From assembly GCA_963740315.1 (NCBI GenBank), contig CAVUDP010000002.1, positions 2,976,001 through 3,040,000 on the forward strand: a stretch of DNA of 64,000 bases, given 5' to 3'. A program made the position numbers and the translations under genes. A model generated the notes under the pieces. It searched no databases. It was not told where the DNA came from and saw only the letters and a program-made list of their open reading frames with translations. This document shows, piece after piece, positions 52,969-62,548 of this stretch. Source of the stretch: an uncultured cyanobacterium. Lineage in GTDB: Bacteria > Cyanobacteriota > Cyanobacteriia > Cyanobacteriales > Nostocaceae. How positions within the stretch are numbered: the stretch's first letter is position 1; every line of letters starts with the position of its first letter.

Positions 52969-54006
52969 ATGCGTGCTTTATTATCTGGGTATTATGGTCA
53001 AGGAAATGGTGGCGATGAGGCTTTGTTGGCGACGCTTTTACAAATGCTTCCATCGTCGGTAACTCCTGTGGTTCTTTCTGGCAATCCGGAGGAAACTCAA
53101 CGGCGTTACAATGTGGAAGCTTGCGAGCGTAAGGCTTTTAACAAGGTAATGCAGGCTTTAAGTTCTTGCGATGCTTTTATTTGGGGTGGTGGTAGTTTGA
53201 TTCAAGATGCGACTAGCGCTATTAGCCCATTTTACTATACTGGCTTGATGGCGATCGCACAAAAAAGAGAGATGAAAACTGTTGCTTGGGCGCAGGGTAT
53301 TGGTCCTTTGAAACGTAATGCTACTAAGTGGTTGGCGCGTCAGAATTTCGCTGGCTGTACTAAAATAAGCGTTCGCGATGGCGTTTCTGCTGCTTTACTA
53401 AATGAATGGGAAATTCCTCACATTCTCGCACCAGATCCAGTTTGGGCGCTGGAATCTCAATCTATACCCGGTATTTGGGATACTCCTGCACCCAGAGTTG
53501 CGGTAACTTTACGCGCTCATCCCGAACTTACACCAGCGCGACTGGCTAATTTAACTAAGGCTTTAGTCGATTTTCAAAAAGCCACGCAATCTTTTATTTT
53601 ACTAATACCGTTTCAAAAAAGTAAAGATTTGAGTATAGCTCAAGCAATTCAACCAGCGCTCGAAGATGTCAGTAAAATTATTACTGTAGAAGAACCTACT
53701 ATATTAAAAGGCATTTATCGCGGTGTGGAAATGGCGATCGGAATGCGCTTGCACAGTTTGATCATGGCAGCAAGTGAAGGGTGTCGTTGTTTTGCGTTGA
53801 GTTACGATCCTAAAATTAATCGGTTGATGGAAGAATTAGAAATGCCGGGATGGGATATCGGTGAATTGCCCGATGATGCCAATGCGATCGGTACGGCTTG
53901 GATCGAGCATTTTGCCAATGGGCAAGCGCTTTCGGAGGATAGAATTAAATTTCTCACGGATAGAGCTTTGATACATCGGGAAGTTTTGCAGCAAGCGTTG
54001 ACGTGA
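52969..54006 (+). CDS. csaB: Polysaccharide pyruvyl transferase CsaB
   Basis: SGYYGQGNGGDEA, GGGSLIQD, QGIGP, SVRD, GMRLH, SYDPK. Confidence 0.92.
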   Translation: MRALLSGYYGQGNGGDEALLATLLQMLPSSVTPVVLSGNPEETQRRYNVEACERKAFNKVMQALSSCDAFIWGGGSLIQDATSAISPFYYTGLMAIAQKREMKTVAWAQGIGPLKRNATKWLARQNFAGCTKISVRDGVSAALLNEWEIPHILAPDPVWALESQSIPGIWDTPAPRVAVTLRAHPELTPARLANLTKALVDFQKATQSFILLIPFQKSKDLSIAQAIQPALEDVSKIITVEEPTILKGIYRGVEMAIGMRLHSLIMAASEGCRCFALSYDPKINRLMEELEMPGWDIGELPDDANAIGTAWIEHFANGQALSEDRIKFLTDRALIHREVLQQALT

Positions 54007-54269
54007 ATTTTTCATAATCGTTTTAATTTAGACGGGCAGGGATGCCCATCCCACAAGAATGTATGTACCACAGTGTAGAGACGCGATATATCGCGTCTCT
54101 ACATTTTGCGGAATAAGGCGAAATTGTTGTTTCTGAAAAATTTGATTTTCAACGCAAAGGTACGCGGAGGTTTGCGCGGAGGTTCGCTGAGGGGATATTT
54201 TATCTATGTGTTAAGAATAAACAGCGGTATTTTTATTGACTGTTAGCTGTTTGTTGGTGGTGCGTTGAT

Positions 54270-56048
54270 ATGTCGGAATTAAATCAAAATAAATCGATTA
54301 ATTACAGTAGTTTTTCTGAGTTTTGTTTTCATAAGGAAGAGTTAGCACCGGAGACGAAACATACTATTGAGGTGTTGTTAAGAGTTGCTCGTACTAATGA
54401 TTATTTGGAAGCGGAAAGGGTACTTTTGAATAAGAGAGAATTGGATTTAGAGTATTGTGAGATTAGTGATTTAACTCCATTGGCAACCTTACAAAATTTA
54501 ATTTGCTTATATCTATCAGAAAATGAAATTTCCGATTTAAATCCTTTGCAAGGACTTACTAAACTTACAGATTTACAACTTAGTGTTAATAAAATTAGCG
54601 ATATTAGTCCACTTCAAAGATTAACTAATTTGAAATAATTAAGTCTTTATGAAAATCAGATTAGCGATATTAGTCCGCTGAATAAACTGAATAAATTAAC
54701 TTTTTTAGTTTTAGATAATAATTATAGAAACGATATAAGTCCATTGAAAAACTTAAATAAACTAGTAAATCTAGGATTATCTGCAAATAATATAAGTGAT
54801 TTTACTCCGCTATATGATTTGGAAAAATTATCTGATTTAGATATCAGCTATAATCAAATCACTGACTTGAAAGTATTACAACCTTTAAAATATATTAATA
54901 AACTTTGCATCTCAGGTAATCCAATATCTGGATTAATTCAACCAACTCACTTAATTGAAAAATATAAAAAACTTCTATCCATACCTTTAAATCGTCAAAA
55001 GACTATAGAAGTAATTCATTTCACCTATTCTCTTATTGGTCTAAATCCACCTAAAGTAATTTTTGCAAGCAATTATAAATCTTGGTATTCAGAGATTATA
55101 AATTTGCTGAAATCAAATAATATTCCAAATCAAAGCTTAAAATCTTTTATTTTGCAAAAAGAAAGACAAGTAATAAAAATCCAAAAACTTATATTTAACG
55201 ATCAATTATATTATTTGCATCATTTAAATAAGAAAATACTAAATAAATCAATAGAAGAACTTACTAAATATCAATTAAATAAATCAATAATGTTTATAGA
55301 GGTAAATTTAGCACTATATCTGGTAGCAAGAAGTTTAGCTTTTAATGTACTGAATAATTCTAGCTTAAAACCAAGTATAGAAGCGTATATTACTGTAGAA
55401 AATATTATTACCCCAGAACAAATACTCCGCCAAATCTACCTCATCGAAGTCTACCAATCGCTTCTAAAAATCCCCCTCGATGAAAAAACCCAACAATGGT
55501 ACGACTGCTTAAACCAACTTTTTGAACATTGCGGATGGTTTATTCCTTTTGAAGACGTTTGCATTGTGTGCGTTAAGCGAAGCTCTACCGAAGGTAATCG
55601 CCCATCAAAATTTTCCCTAGATTCAGAAACTCGTCTCCACGCTGAAGGGGAAGCTGCAATTCAGTTTGCTGACGGATACGGTTTATATTACTATCACGGG
55701 GTTGCTTTACCCGAAAAATACGGTAAGGTGCATCCCGATCGATGGCAAGCTAGATGGTTGTTAGAAGAAAAAAATACTGAATTACGTCGGATTTTAATTC
55801 AAGCTATTGGTTACAACCGTATTTGTGAGGAATTACAAGCGATTCAACTTGATTCTTTTCGCGAATATATGTTAATCAAAATTGATGCGGTGAGTAATGT
55901 TGAACCGATAGTTTTACTGAAGATGATTTGTCCCAGCACCGGATATACTCATGTTTTAAGGGTTCCTCCCAATATGGAATCCGCAAGAGAAGCGATAACT
56001 TGGATAAATTGGGATATAGATCCAGAAGAGTTCGCTGTGGAAAGTTAG
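54270..56048 (+). pseudogene. Leucine-rich-repeat + DUF6745-type protein interrupted by one in-frame stop
   Basis: 22-aa LRRs run in frame through TAA at 54636-54638 into the 54744 ORF; C-terminal RLHAEGEAAI, CPSTG, LRVPP, WDIDPEEFAVE. Confidence 0.8.
55573..55596. repeat. 24-nt in-frame micro-insertion in a HIP1 site
   Basis: GCG[TTAAGCGAAGCTCTACCGAAGGTA]ATCGC. Confidence 0.75.
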
Positions 56049-56200
56049 AGGTATTTACAGATTTTTGACTTCTCTCCTACAAGAAGAAAGGCTTTGAAAA
56101 ACTTATTTTCCTGTTCCCATTCCCTGGTAGGGAAGGGGTTAGGGGTTAGGTTTCCGAGATTGATTATTCATTAAAAAATGCACTTTAGCTCAAATTTCTC

Positions 56201-56395
56201 ATGATTAAGCCAAAAATCAAACGCAAAATGCCAAAGTGCATCCAATGTCGCTTTTATCAAGGCGATATTATTGTCTGCAAAATGTATCCTCGCGGCCCGG
56301 AAAATAATTCATGTCCTTACTATGCACCCGATCCGGATGTTTATTTAGATGAAGGGGAATGGGGAACAGGGAATAGGGAAAAAAGACAATATTAG
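56201..56395 (+). CDS. Small Cys-rich hypothetical protein
   Basis: CIQC...CKMYP.GP...CPYY.PD motif. Confidence 0.55.
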   Translation: MIKPKIKRKMPKCIQCRFYQGDIIVCKMYPRGPENNSCPYYAPDPDVYLDEGEWGTGNREKRQY

Positions 56396-56548
56396 CAGCT
56401 TAATAACCAAAATTTAAATATCTACAGTTTATGAAAATACAGAAACCCGGTTTTTCCAAAAAACCGGGTTTTTATTTGCTGCGTGATGGCAAAATCTAAT
56501 TATCTAACTATGCTTGATAATTTATAGTAGCCGCCGCACACCCTACAA

Positions 56549-57265
56549 TTATGCAGCAACGGCAGCCTCTTCTTCGTAGGGCATAAAGGTTTTCTTGGTA
56601 GCGTTACAGATGGGACAGTGCCAATCTTCGGGAATGTCCTCGAATGCTGTTCCCGGTGCGATTCCTGAATCTGGATCGCCGATCGCGGGATCGTATATCA
56701 TCGAACATTGACGGCAAATCCATTTTTGTGTCGCTCGATCGCCACTTGCTTTCTTTTCTGCGGCTGTTTTACCGTCTAAGGCTTCTAATGCTTCCGTATA
56801 CTGACGTGCATGATGCTGTTCTACGCTAGTTAATAAACCAAAAGTGTGCGTAGCTTTACGGAACATATCAGCGTGTTCGCGAGATTCTTCTTCCTGGGTT
56901 TTAAACTCCTCTTCAGCTTTCCCATCTCTATCCGCACGCGCTTCTTTCGCAAAACCTGGATACATGGTTTCGTATTCGTAGGTTTCACCTTCCACCGCTA
57001 ATTCCAAACAGCGAGATGCGATCGCCTTTTTTTGTTCTTCAGTTAAATCAGCATCATCCACCATCAACTCTGGATGCATTAACCGAAAGTGAGCGAAAGC
57101 GTGTTCTGTTTCTTGATTCGCTGTATCCTTAAAAAGCTTGGAAAGTTCTTTCATTCCTAACTTCTTAGTAACTTCGGCGAAAAACAAATATTTCCGATTC
57201 GCCATCGATTCCCCACCAAAAGCCGCTTCCAAGTTGTTAGCGGTGTTGGAATTTGATAAATCCAT
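56549..57265 (-). CDS. rbrA: Rubrerythrin with C-terminal rubredoxin domain
   Basis: [16 protein letters not shown]...MYP, ESREH; CRQC...CPIC. Confidence 0.92.
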   Translation of the reverse strand: MDLSNSNTANNLEAAFGGESMANRKYLFFAEVTKKLGMKELSKLFKDTANQETEHAFAHFRLMHPELMVDDADLTEEQKKAIASRCLELAVEGETYEYETMYPGFAKEARADRDGKAEEEFKTQEEESREHADMFRKATHTFGLLTSVEQHHARQYTEALEALDGKTAAEKKASGDRATQKWICRQCSMIYDPAIGDPDSGIAPGTAFEDIPEDWHCPICNATKKTFMPYEEEAAVAA

Positions 57266-57327
57266 ACTATGCAGCCTCTCTTTAATAGTACGCAGACAGG
57301 ATTACTGTTTTAGCAGTCCAATAAATG

Positions 57328-57378
57328 CGTAGTCGTTATGAATTTGATTATAGCTTAAATGAAGTCATTATGACTATG
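57328..57378 (-). promoter_or_regulatory. Two candidate FurC/PerR boxes upstream of rbrA
   Basis: CAAATTCATAACGACTACG and CATAGTCATAATGACTTCA on the minus strand; similar to the recalled Anabaena FurC consensus CAAAATCATAACGACTTTG. Confidence 0.6.
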
Positions 57379-57618
57379 ATTTTTTTGTGGAGAGGGGGAT
57401 GGGGAGATGGGGAGATGGGGAGATAGGGAGAGGGGGAAGTAATCAGCGAGCGAGACGCTCGCACTCCTAACTCTTAACTGTTCACTGCTCACTGTTCACT
57501 GGTAACTGGTAACTGGTAACTGGTAACTGATTAACTGGAATCTGTGTTTCCGCTGTTGTAGTTAATTTGAAAACTAATTTATAACCGTCGTTATATCTGA
57601 AGACTGGGAATAACCCAT

Positions 57619-58917
57619 ATGAGAAATGAAAAACAAAGTGATTTTTCTCAAGCAATTATCCAAAAAGGCTATGAAGTTGAGCGACAGTTGGCGAAAAAAG
57701 CGGGAAGACGGACTTTGTTGGCGCGGGATGTAAATCAAGAATTGGTTGTTATCAAGCTGCTGGCTTTTAGTAATGATTTATCTTGGGAAGATTTAAAGTT
57801 ATTTGAACGGGAAGCCCAGACTCTACAAACTTTACAACATCCGGCAATTCCTCGCTATGTTGATTACTTTGAATTAGATACGAATGGTGGTAAAACTTAT
57901 GCTCTCGTACAAAGCTATATCGAAGGTGAATCTTTAGAAGAGCATCTGGAAGCAAAAGGAAAGTTTACCGAATCAGAAATAAAAAATATTGCTCAATTTT
58001 TGTTGGAAATACTGATATATTTACATCGTCGTCAACCGCCTTTAATTCATCGCGATATCAAACCCAGCAATATTATTTTGGCGGAACATCCTTATTTAGT
58101 AGATTTTGGTTCGGTTCAGACTTTAGCAAATAAGGGCGGTAAAACCGTTACTGTGGTTGGAACTTACGGTTATATGCCACCCGAACAATTTGGTGGTGCG
58201 GCAACTGCTGCTTCTGATTTGTATAGTTTGGGAGCAACTTTGATAACTTTGGCTACAGGTATTCAGCCAGCGGATTTACCTCAAGAAGATATGCGGATTG
58301 CATTTGAGGAAGTTGCTAATTTGACACCGGGTTTTGCTGAGTGGTTGGGGTGGTTGATTGAACCGAGTTTGGATAGACGTGTGCGATCGGCTGAAGTTGC
58401 ATTACAAGCTTTGCAAACCGGGGAAATTGTTAAGACGGAATCCGAAGCGGTAATTCAGTATAAGCCAATTGGTAGTTTGGAATTATTTATAAATATTATG
58501 TGGCGCAGCATTTTTGTTGGGGGTGGAGTTACAGTTCTTGCTGCTGGTATCTACGGTACGGCAGTATTTCCTATAGGTGGTACTTACTTAGGAATAATAT
58601 ATGGTCTTTGCATCGGTATTCCTTTTAGTTTAGTCAATGCATTGTTAGTTGGAATTATTACCCGCTTGTTTTTTTATCCTTTAAAAAATCCTTCTTTACA
58701 TCGTCGCAGAACTGCTTTAGTTAGTATATTTATTTATACAGCTTTTGCAGTAGTTTTGCTCGGTGGAATTTCTTCCAATTCAGAGGACTATTTGCAGCAA
58801 GGGATTTTCTTTACACTTACTCCTTTTGTTATATCTGGATTAAGTATGAGTTTAGCCACGAAATCTTTTGCTCGTTGGTATGAACAGCAATCTAGGTTTC
58901 CAGGGCATAAATTCTGA
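57619..58917 (+). CDS. Ser/Thr protein kinase with C-terminal TM domain
   Basis: VVIK, LFEREA, HRDIKPSN, DFG, GTYGYMPPEQ. Confidence 0.93.
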   Translation: MRNEKQSDFSQAIIQKGYEVERQLAKKAGRRTLLARDVNQELVVIKLLAFSNDLSWEDLKLFEREAQTLQTLQHPAIPRYVDYFELDTNGGKTYALVQSYIEGESLEEHLEAKGKFTESEIKNIAQFLLEILIYLHRRQPPLIHRDIKPSNIILAEHPYLVDFGSVQTLANKGGKTVTVVGTYGYMPPEQFGGAATAASDLYSLGATLITLATGIQPADLPQEDMRIAFEEVANLTPGFAEWLGWLIEPSLDRRVRSAEVALQALQTGEIVKTESEAVIQYKPIGSLELFINIMWRSIFVGGGVTVLAAGIYGTAVFPIGGTYLGIIYGLCIGIPFSLVNALLVGIITRLFFYPLKNPSLHRRRTALVSIFIYTAFAVVLLGGISSNSEDYLQQGIFFTLTPFVISGLSMSLATKSFARWYEQQSRFPGHKF

Positions 58918-58979
58918 CCACTGATGCATTGTTTAATAATTTGTATTGAAGAGAAATAATATTAGTATTTTAGTTAAAT

Positions 58980-60314
58980 ATGATAAACCAAATATTAAAT
59001 GAGCGCTATCAAATTAAACAAGAATTAGGTAGACAAACAGGAAGAAGAACTTTTTTAGCCGAAGATTTACAAACACAGCAAAAAGTTGTAGTTAAATTAC
59101 TGTTGTTGGGAGAAGATTTTGATTGGCAAGATTTAAAATTATTTGAGCGGGAAGCAGAAACTTTAAAAACTTTAAATCATCCAAATATTCCGCGTTATCT
59201 AGATTATTTTGAATTAAACGATCGTGAGAATAACGGTTTTGTATTGGTACAAACTTATGTAGAAGGAAAAACTTTAGAACAACATCTTAAATCGGGAAGA
59301 ACTTTTAGCGAAACTGAAGTTAAAGAATTAGCTATATCATTATTAGAAATTCTGACTTATTTACATCAACACGAACCAAGCGTAATTCACCGCGATATCA
59401 AACCCAGCAATATTTTACTAACAAATCGTTCTGGGAATAGTGCAGGAAAGATTTATTTAGTAGATTTTGGTTCGGTAAAAACTGTTGCTGCAACTAATGG
59501 TGGAACAATCACTGTAGTTGGAACTTATGGTTATATGCCACCAGAACAATTTGGTGGAAGATGCGTTGCTGCTTCTGATTTATATAGTTTGGGTGCGACT
59601 TTGATTTTTCTAGTTACGGGTTTGCATCCGACAGAATTGCCTCAAAAAGATTTACAAATTCAATTTCGTCAAACAGCTAATTTTAGTGAAGAGTTTGCTG
59701 ATTGGTTGGAATGGATGATAGAACCAAGTTTAAGTCAAAGATTTAAATCTACCCAAGAAGCTATAAAAGCTTTAGAAAATCCTGTACCAAGGCAAAAAAC
59801 AATTTCTCTATCAAAACAAAAATTACAGAAGCCACCAGATAGTGAAATTGAACTCCATAAATATATTGATGGTTTAGAAATAGTCATTCCTCCTCAAGGA
59901 TTTAGGCTTCCTCAAATTGCTTTAATTTCTTTAGTTTCACCTTTTGCAATTGGTTTTGATTTATTCACTTCTAGTCAAATTTTTAGTCAAGAAATAAGTG
60001 ATTCAGCTTATTTAATGAAACAGATAGTACAAGCCTTTGGAATTGGGTTTCTTTCATTAATCATTCTTTGGGCCTTTTTTAAACGTACCCGACTAAACAT
60101 AAGTAAAATTAGCGTTTCATATATTTATGAACTTATTGGAATTAAATGGAAATTTCGCCAGCAAAAATTAATAAAAAGTAAATATAAATTAGGACTTATA
60201 CACCCCAATGCAGAAGAACTTTGCCGTAAATATGCTCATTTGAGTTTAGAAGAATTGGAATGGTTATCAGAAGAAATCAGCAATTATTTAGATATGCAAA
60301 TTGATAGAGTTTAG
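58980..60314 (+). CDS. Ser/Thr protein kinase (paralog)
   Basis: Same kinase motifs; different C-terminal region. Confidence 0.93.
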   Translation: MINQILNERYQIKQELGRQTGRRTFLAEDLQTQQKVVVKLLLLGEDFDWQDLKLFEREAETLKTLNHPNIPRYLDYFELNDRENNGFVLVQTYVEGKTLEQHLKSGRTFSETEVKELAISLLEILTYLHQHEPSVIHRDIKPSNILLTNRSGNSAGKIYLVDFGSVKTVAATNGGTITVVGTYGYMPPEQFGGRCVAASDLYSLGATLIFLVTGLHPTELPQKDLQIQFRQTANFSEEFADWLEWMIEPSLSQRFKSTQEAIKALENPVPRQKTISLSKQKLQKPPDSEIELHKYIDGLEIVIPPQGFRLPQIALISLVSPFAIGFDLFTSSQIFSQEISDSAYLMKQIVQAFGIGFLSLIILWAFFKRTRLNISKISVSYIYELIGIKWKFRQQKLIKSKYKLGLIHPNAEELCRKYAHLSLEELEWLSEEISNYLDMQIDRV

Positions 60315-60399
60315 GGGATTGGGGATTGGTAATTGGAGAGAGGAGGTAGATCGTTATTAAGTAGTAACTCCTAAGTTAATACCTTTAACCTTTAACCTC

Positions 60400-60657
60400 T
60401 CAAGTCTTTTGATTATCTGACTTAAATCTTCCTTCTAAAAAATCGCGCTTTTGTAAATGCTTGGTATCTCTTCCGCTAACTCTTTTACGCCACATCCGAA
60501 AGCTGGATTCTTTCATATAACGGCGCATGACGGCGATAACTTCTTGTTCGCTCAAACCAAATTGAGTTTCAATTGCTTCAAATGGGGTTCTATCTTCCCA
60601 CGCCATTTCAATTACGCGATCGATAGTTTCAGTACTTAATTCTGGTAATTTACTCAT
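60400..60657 (-). CDS. TIGR03643/DUF2805-family protein
   Basis: IEMAWEDRTPFEAI...SFRMWRKRV.GR.TKH. Confidence 0.88.
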   Translation of the reverse strand: MSKLPELSTETIDRVIEMAWEDRTPFEAIETQFGLSEQEVIAVMRRYMKESSFRMWRKRVSGRDTKHLQKRDFLEGRFKSDNQKT

Positions 60658-60743
60658 AATAAAAGGTCAAAGTTTATTTAATAACTCATAACTCATAACT
60701 CATAACTCATAACTAATAACTCATAACTCTTTTCCATGCCCAA

Positions 60744-61541
60744 TTACATACTAACAATGCCGGACCATTGAACTTTTCCTTTTTTAGCGCGACGGTGGGA
60801 AAAGAAGTTTTCGGGGTTTTGGTAGGTACAGTAAGGTGCTAGAGAAATTTGTTCGGGGCTGATTCCAAGTTGTTCCAGTTGTAAGGCGCTTACCTGTCGC
60901 ACGTCGATGCGGAGTTTTCCGGGTTCTGAGTCGGGAAGTAAGGGAGAATTATCTAATTCTTGTAAACCGTAGATAATGGCTTTTTCGTCTTCGTGAGGTA
61001 TCAAACTTGACCCCAGTTGAACTGCAACGTCTTCGGATACTTGGTAAACTTCTCCTGCGATCGCCGGTCCCATTGCAATTCTTAAGTCTTGAAGTTTGCT
61101 TCCTTGAGATTGCATCCGAGAGATGACTTGAGGAACAATTTTTTTTGCCGTACCGCGCCATCCTGCATGAACTGCTGCCACTTGTCCTGTCTTGATATCG
61201 CCAATTAATGCGGGGGTACAGTCCGCACTTGCCGTCCACACGGCTTGTAATGGCTGTTCGCTAATTAAACCGTCTGCTTTGGCAAAAGTTTTTTCACCAA
61301 CTTGTTCTACTTCATCTCCACCTAGACTTAGTTTGTATTCGATTTCTTGTGGGGTGAGAACCTTATTGCCATGTACTTGTTTGAGACGATAATATGAAGC
61401 TTCTTGGTGAAGTATCTCGGTCATATCTTTGAGGGTATGACACCAGAACTGTTGGGTGAAGAAGCCGTGGGGAAATTGTTCGAGCAAACTACAACTCAAA
61501 TAAGGCAATTCCTGCCAACTGCGCCAGTGCCAAGTATGCAT
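60744..61541 (-). CDS. pgeF: Peptidoglycan editing factor PgeF (YfiH family)
   Basis: QVHG, ADG, ADCTP, VHAGWRG, GPAI, CT...FFSHRR. Confidence 0.92.
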   Translation of the reverse strand: MHTWHWRSWQELPYLSCSLLEQFPHGFFTQQFWCHTLKDMTEILHQEASYYRLKQVHGNKVLTPQEIEYKLSLGGDEVEQVGEKTFAKADGLISEQPLQAVWTASADCTPALIGDIKTGQVAAVHAGWRGTAKKIVPQVISRMQSQGSKLQDLRIAMGPAIAGEVYQVSEDVAVQLGSSLIPHEDEKAIIYGLQELDNSPLLPDSEPGKLRIDVRQVSALQLEQLGISPEQISLAPYCTYQNPENFFSHRRAKKGKVQWSGIVSM

Positions 61542-61629
61542 ATTAGTTTACCTTTTTAGTTCTTGTATTAATAAAAATCAATTTCGTCAATTCATGCTAG
61601 CTTGAATAAGCAATTTTCGGTTAGCAGCT

Positions 61630-62448
61630 GTGGTATTAAATAAGCAAAAGCTGGAAGCATCTCTTTCGATAGAAGGTAAAAATGCTAACTTACCTTTTCG
61701 CTTGCATATTTTTGAAAGTGTCGCTTCAACAAACAAAACTTTGTGGGAATTACTTGTTCGAGAACCTGGGTCGGGATGTGTAGTAATTGCGACCGAACAA
61801 ACTGCCGGACGAGGACAATGGGGTCGTCAGTGGTTATCTGGGCGGGGTGGATTGTATCTTTCTTTAGCTATTGCTCCCAAATTAGATATAAGTTCAGGCT
61901 ATCAATTAACTTTAGCAACAGCATGGGGGATTGCCGAACAACTAAGAAAGTATGGTGTTGATGCTGAAATCAAGTGGCTTAACGATTTAGTTTTAGAAGG
62001 TCGTAAGTTAGGCGGAATTCTGACCGAAACTAAAGTCCGCGCTGGTAAAATTACTCAAGCAGTAATTGGAGTTGGGATTAACTGGAAAAACCCGGTTCCC
62101 CCTACTGGAATTAATTTATACGACTGGAGCGATCGAGGAAATGCCACCAAAATTTCTTGTTTGGAAGAATTAGCTGCTGTAGTTTTGCTGGGAATAGATT
62201 CCGGTATACAGTGTTTGGAGAGAGAAGGAGTCAATATATTATTGTCTCGCTATATCAAATTACTTTCTAATATGGGCGACAAAATTTATGTCAATGATGA
62301 TTTTTCAGGAACTGTAGTTGGCGTTACTTCTACAGGAAATCTTCATCTTCGTAAGTCAGCAGATCCGGATACCGTATCTGTAACACCCGCATCTATTTAC
62401 CTCCAGCCCGGTACAATCAGTTTAGGGTACCGTAAATTTTCGGAATAA
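61630..62448 (+). CDS. birA: Biotin--[acetyl-CoA carboxylase] ligase
   Basis: STN, QTAGRGQWGR.W, KWLND, KLGGIL. Confidence 0.93.
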   Translation: MVLNKQKLEASLSIEGKNANLPFRLHIFESVASTNKTLWELLVREPGSGCVVIATEQTAGRGQWGRQWLSGRGGLYLSLAIAPKLDISSGYQLTLATAWGIAEQLRKYGVDAEIKWLNDLVLEGRKLGGILTETKVRAGKITQAVIGVGINWKNPVPPTGINLYDWSDRGNATKISCLEELAAVVLLGIDSGIQCLEREGVNILLSRYIKLLSNMGDKIYVNDDFSGTVVGVTSTGNLHLRKSADPDTVSVTPASIYLQPGTISLGYRKFSE

Positions 62449-62548
62449 ATTGCCATTTCTTGTCCAAAATTTTAAACTGAGACAAGATTTTTGGTTCAAT
62501 TATCTACCACCGTCATAATTACACCATCTTATTAATTATTAGAACACA

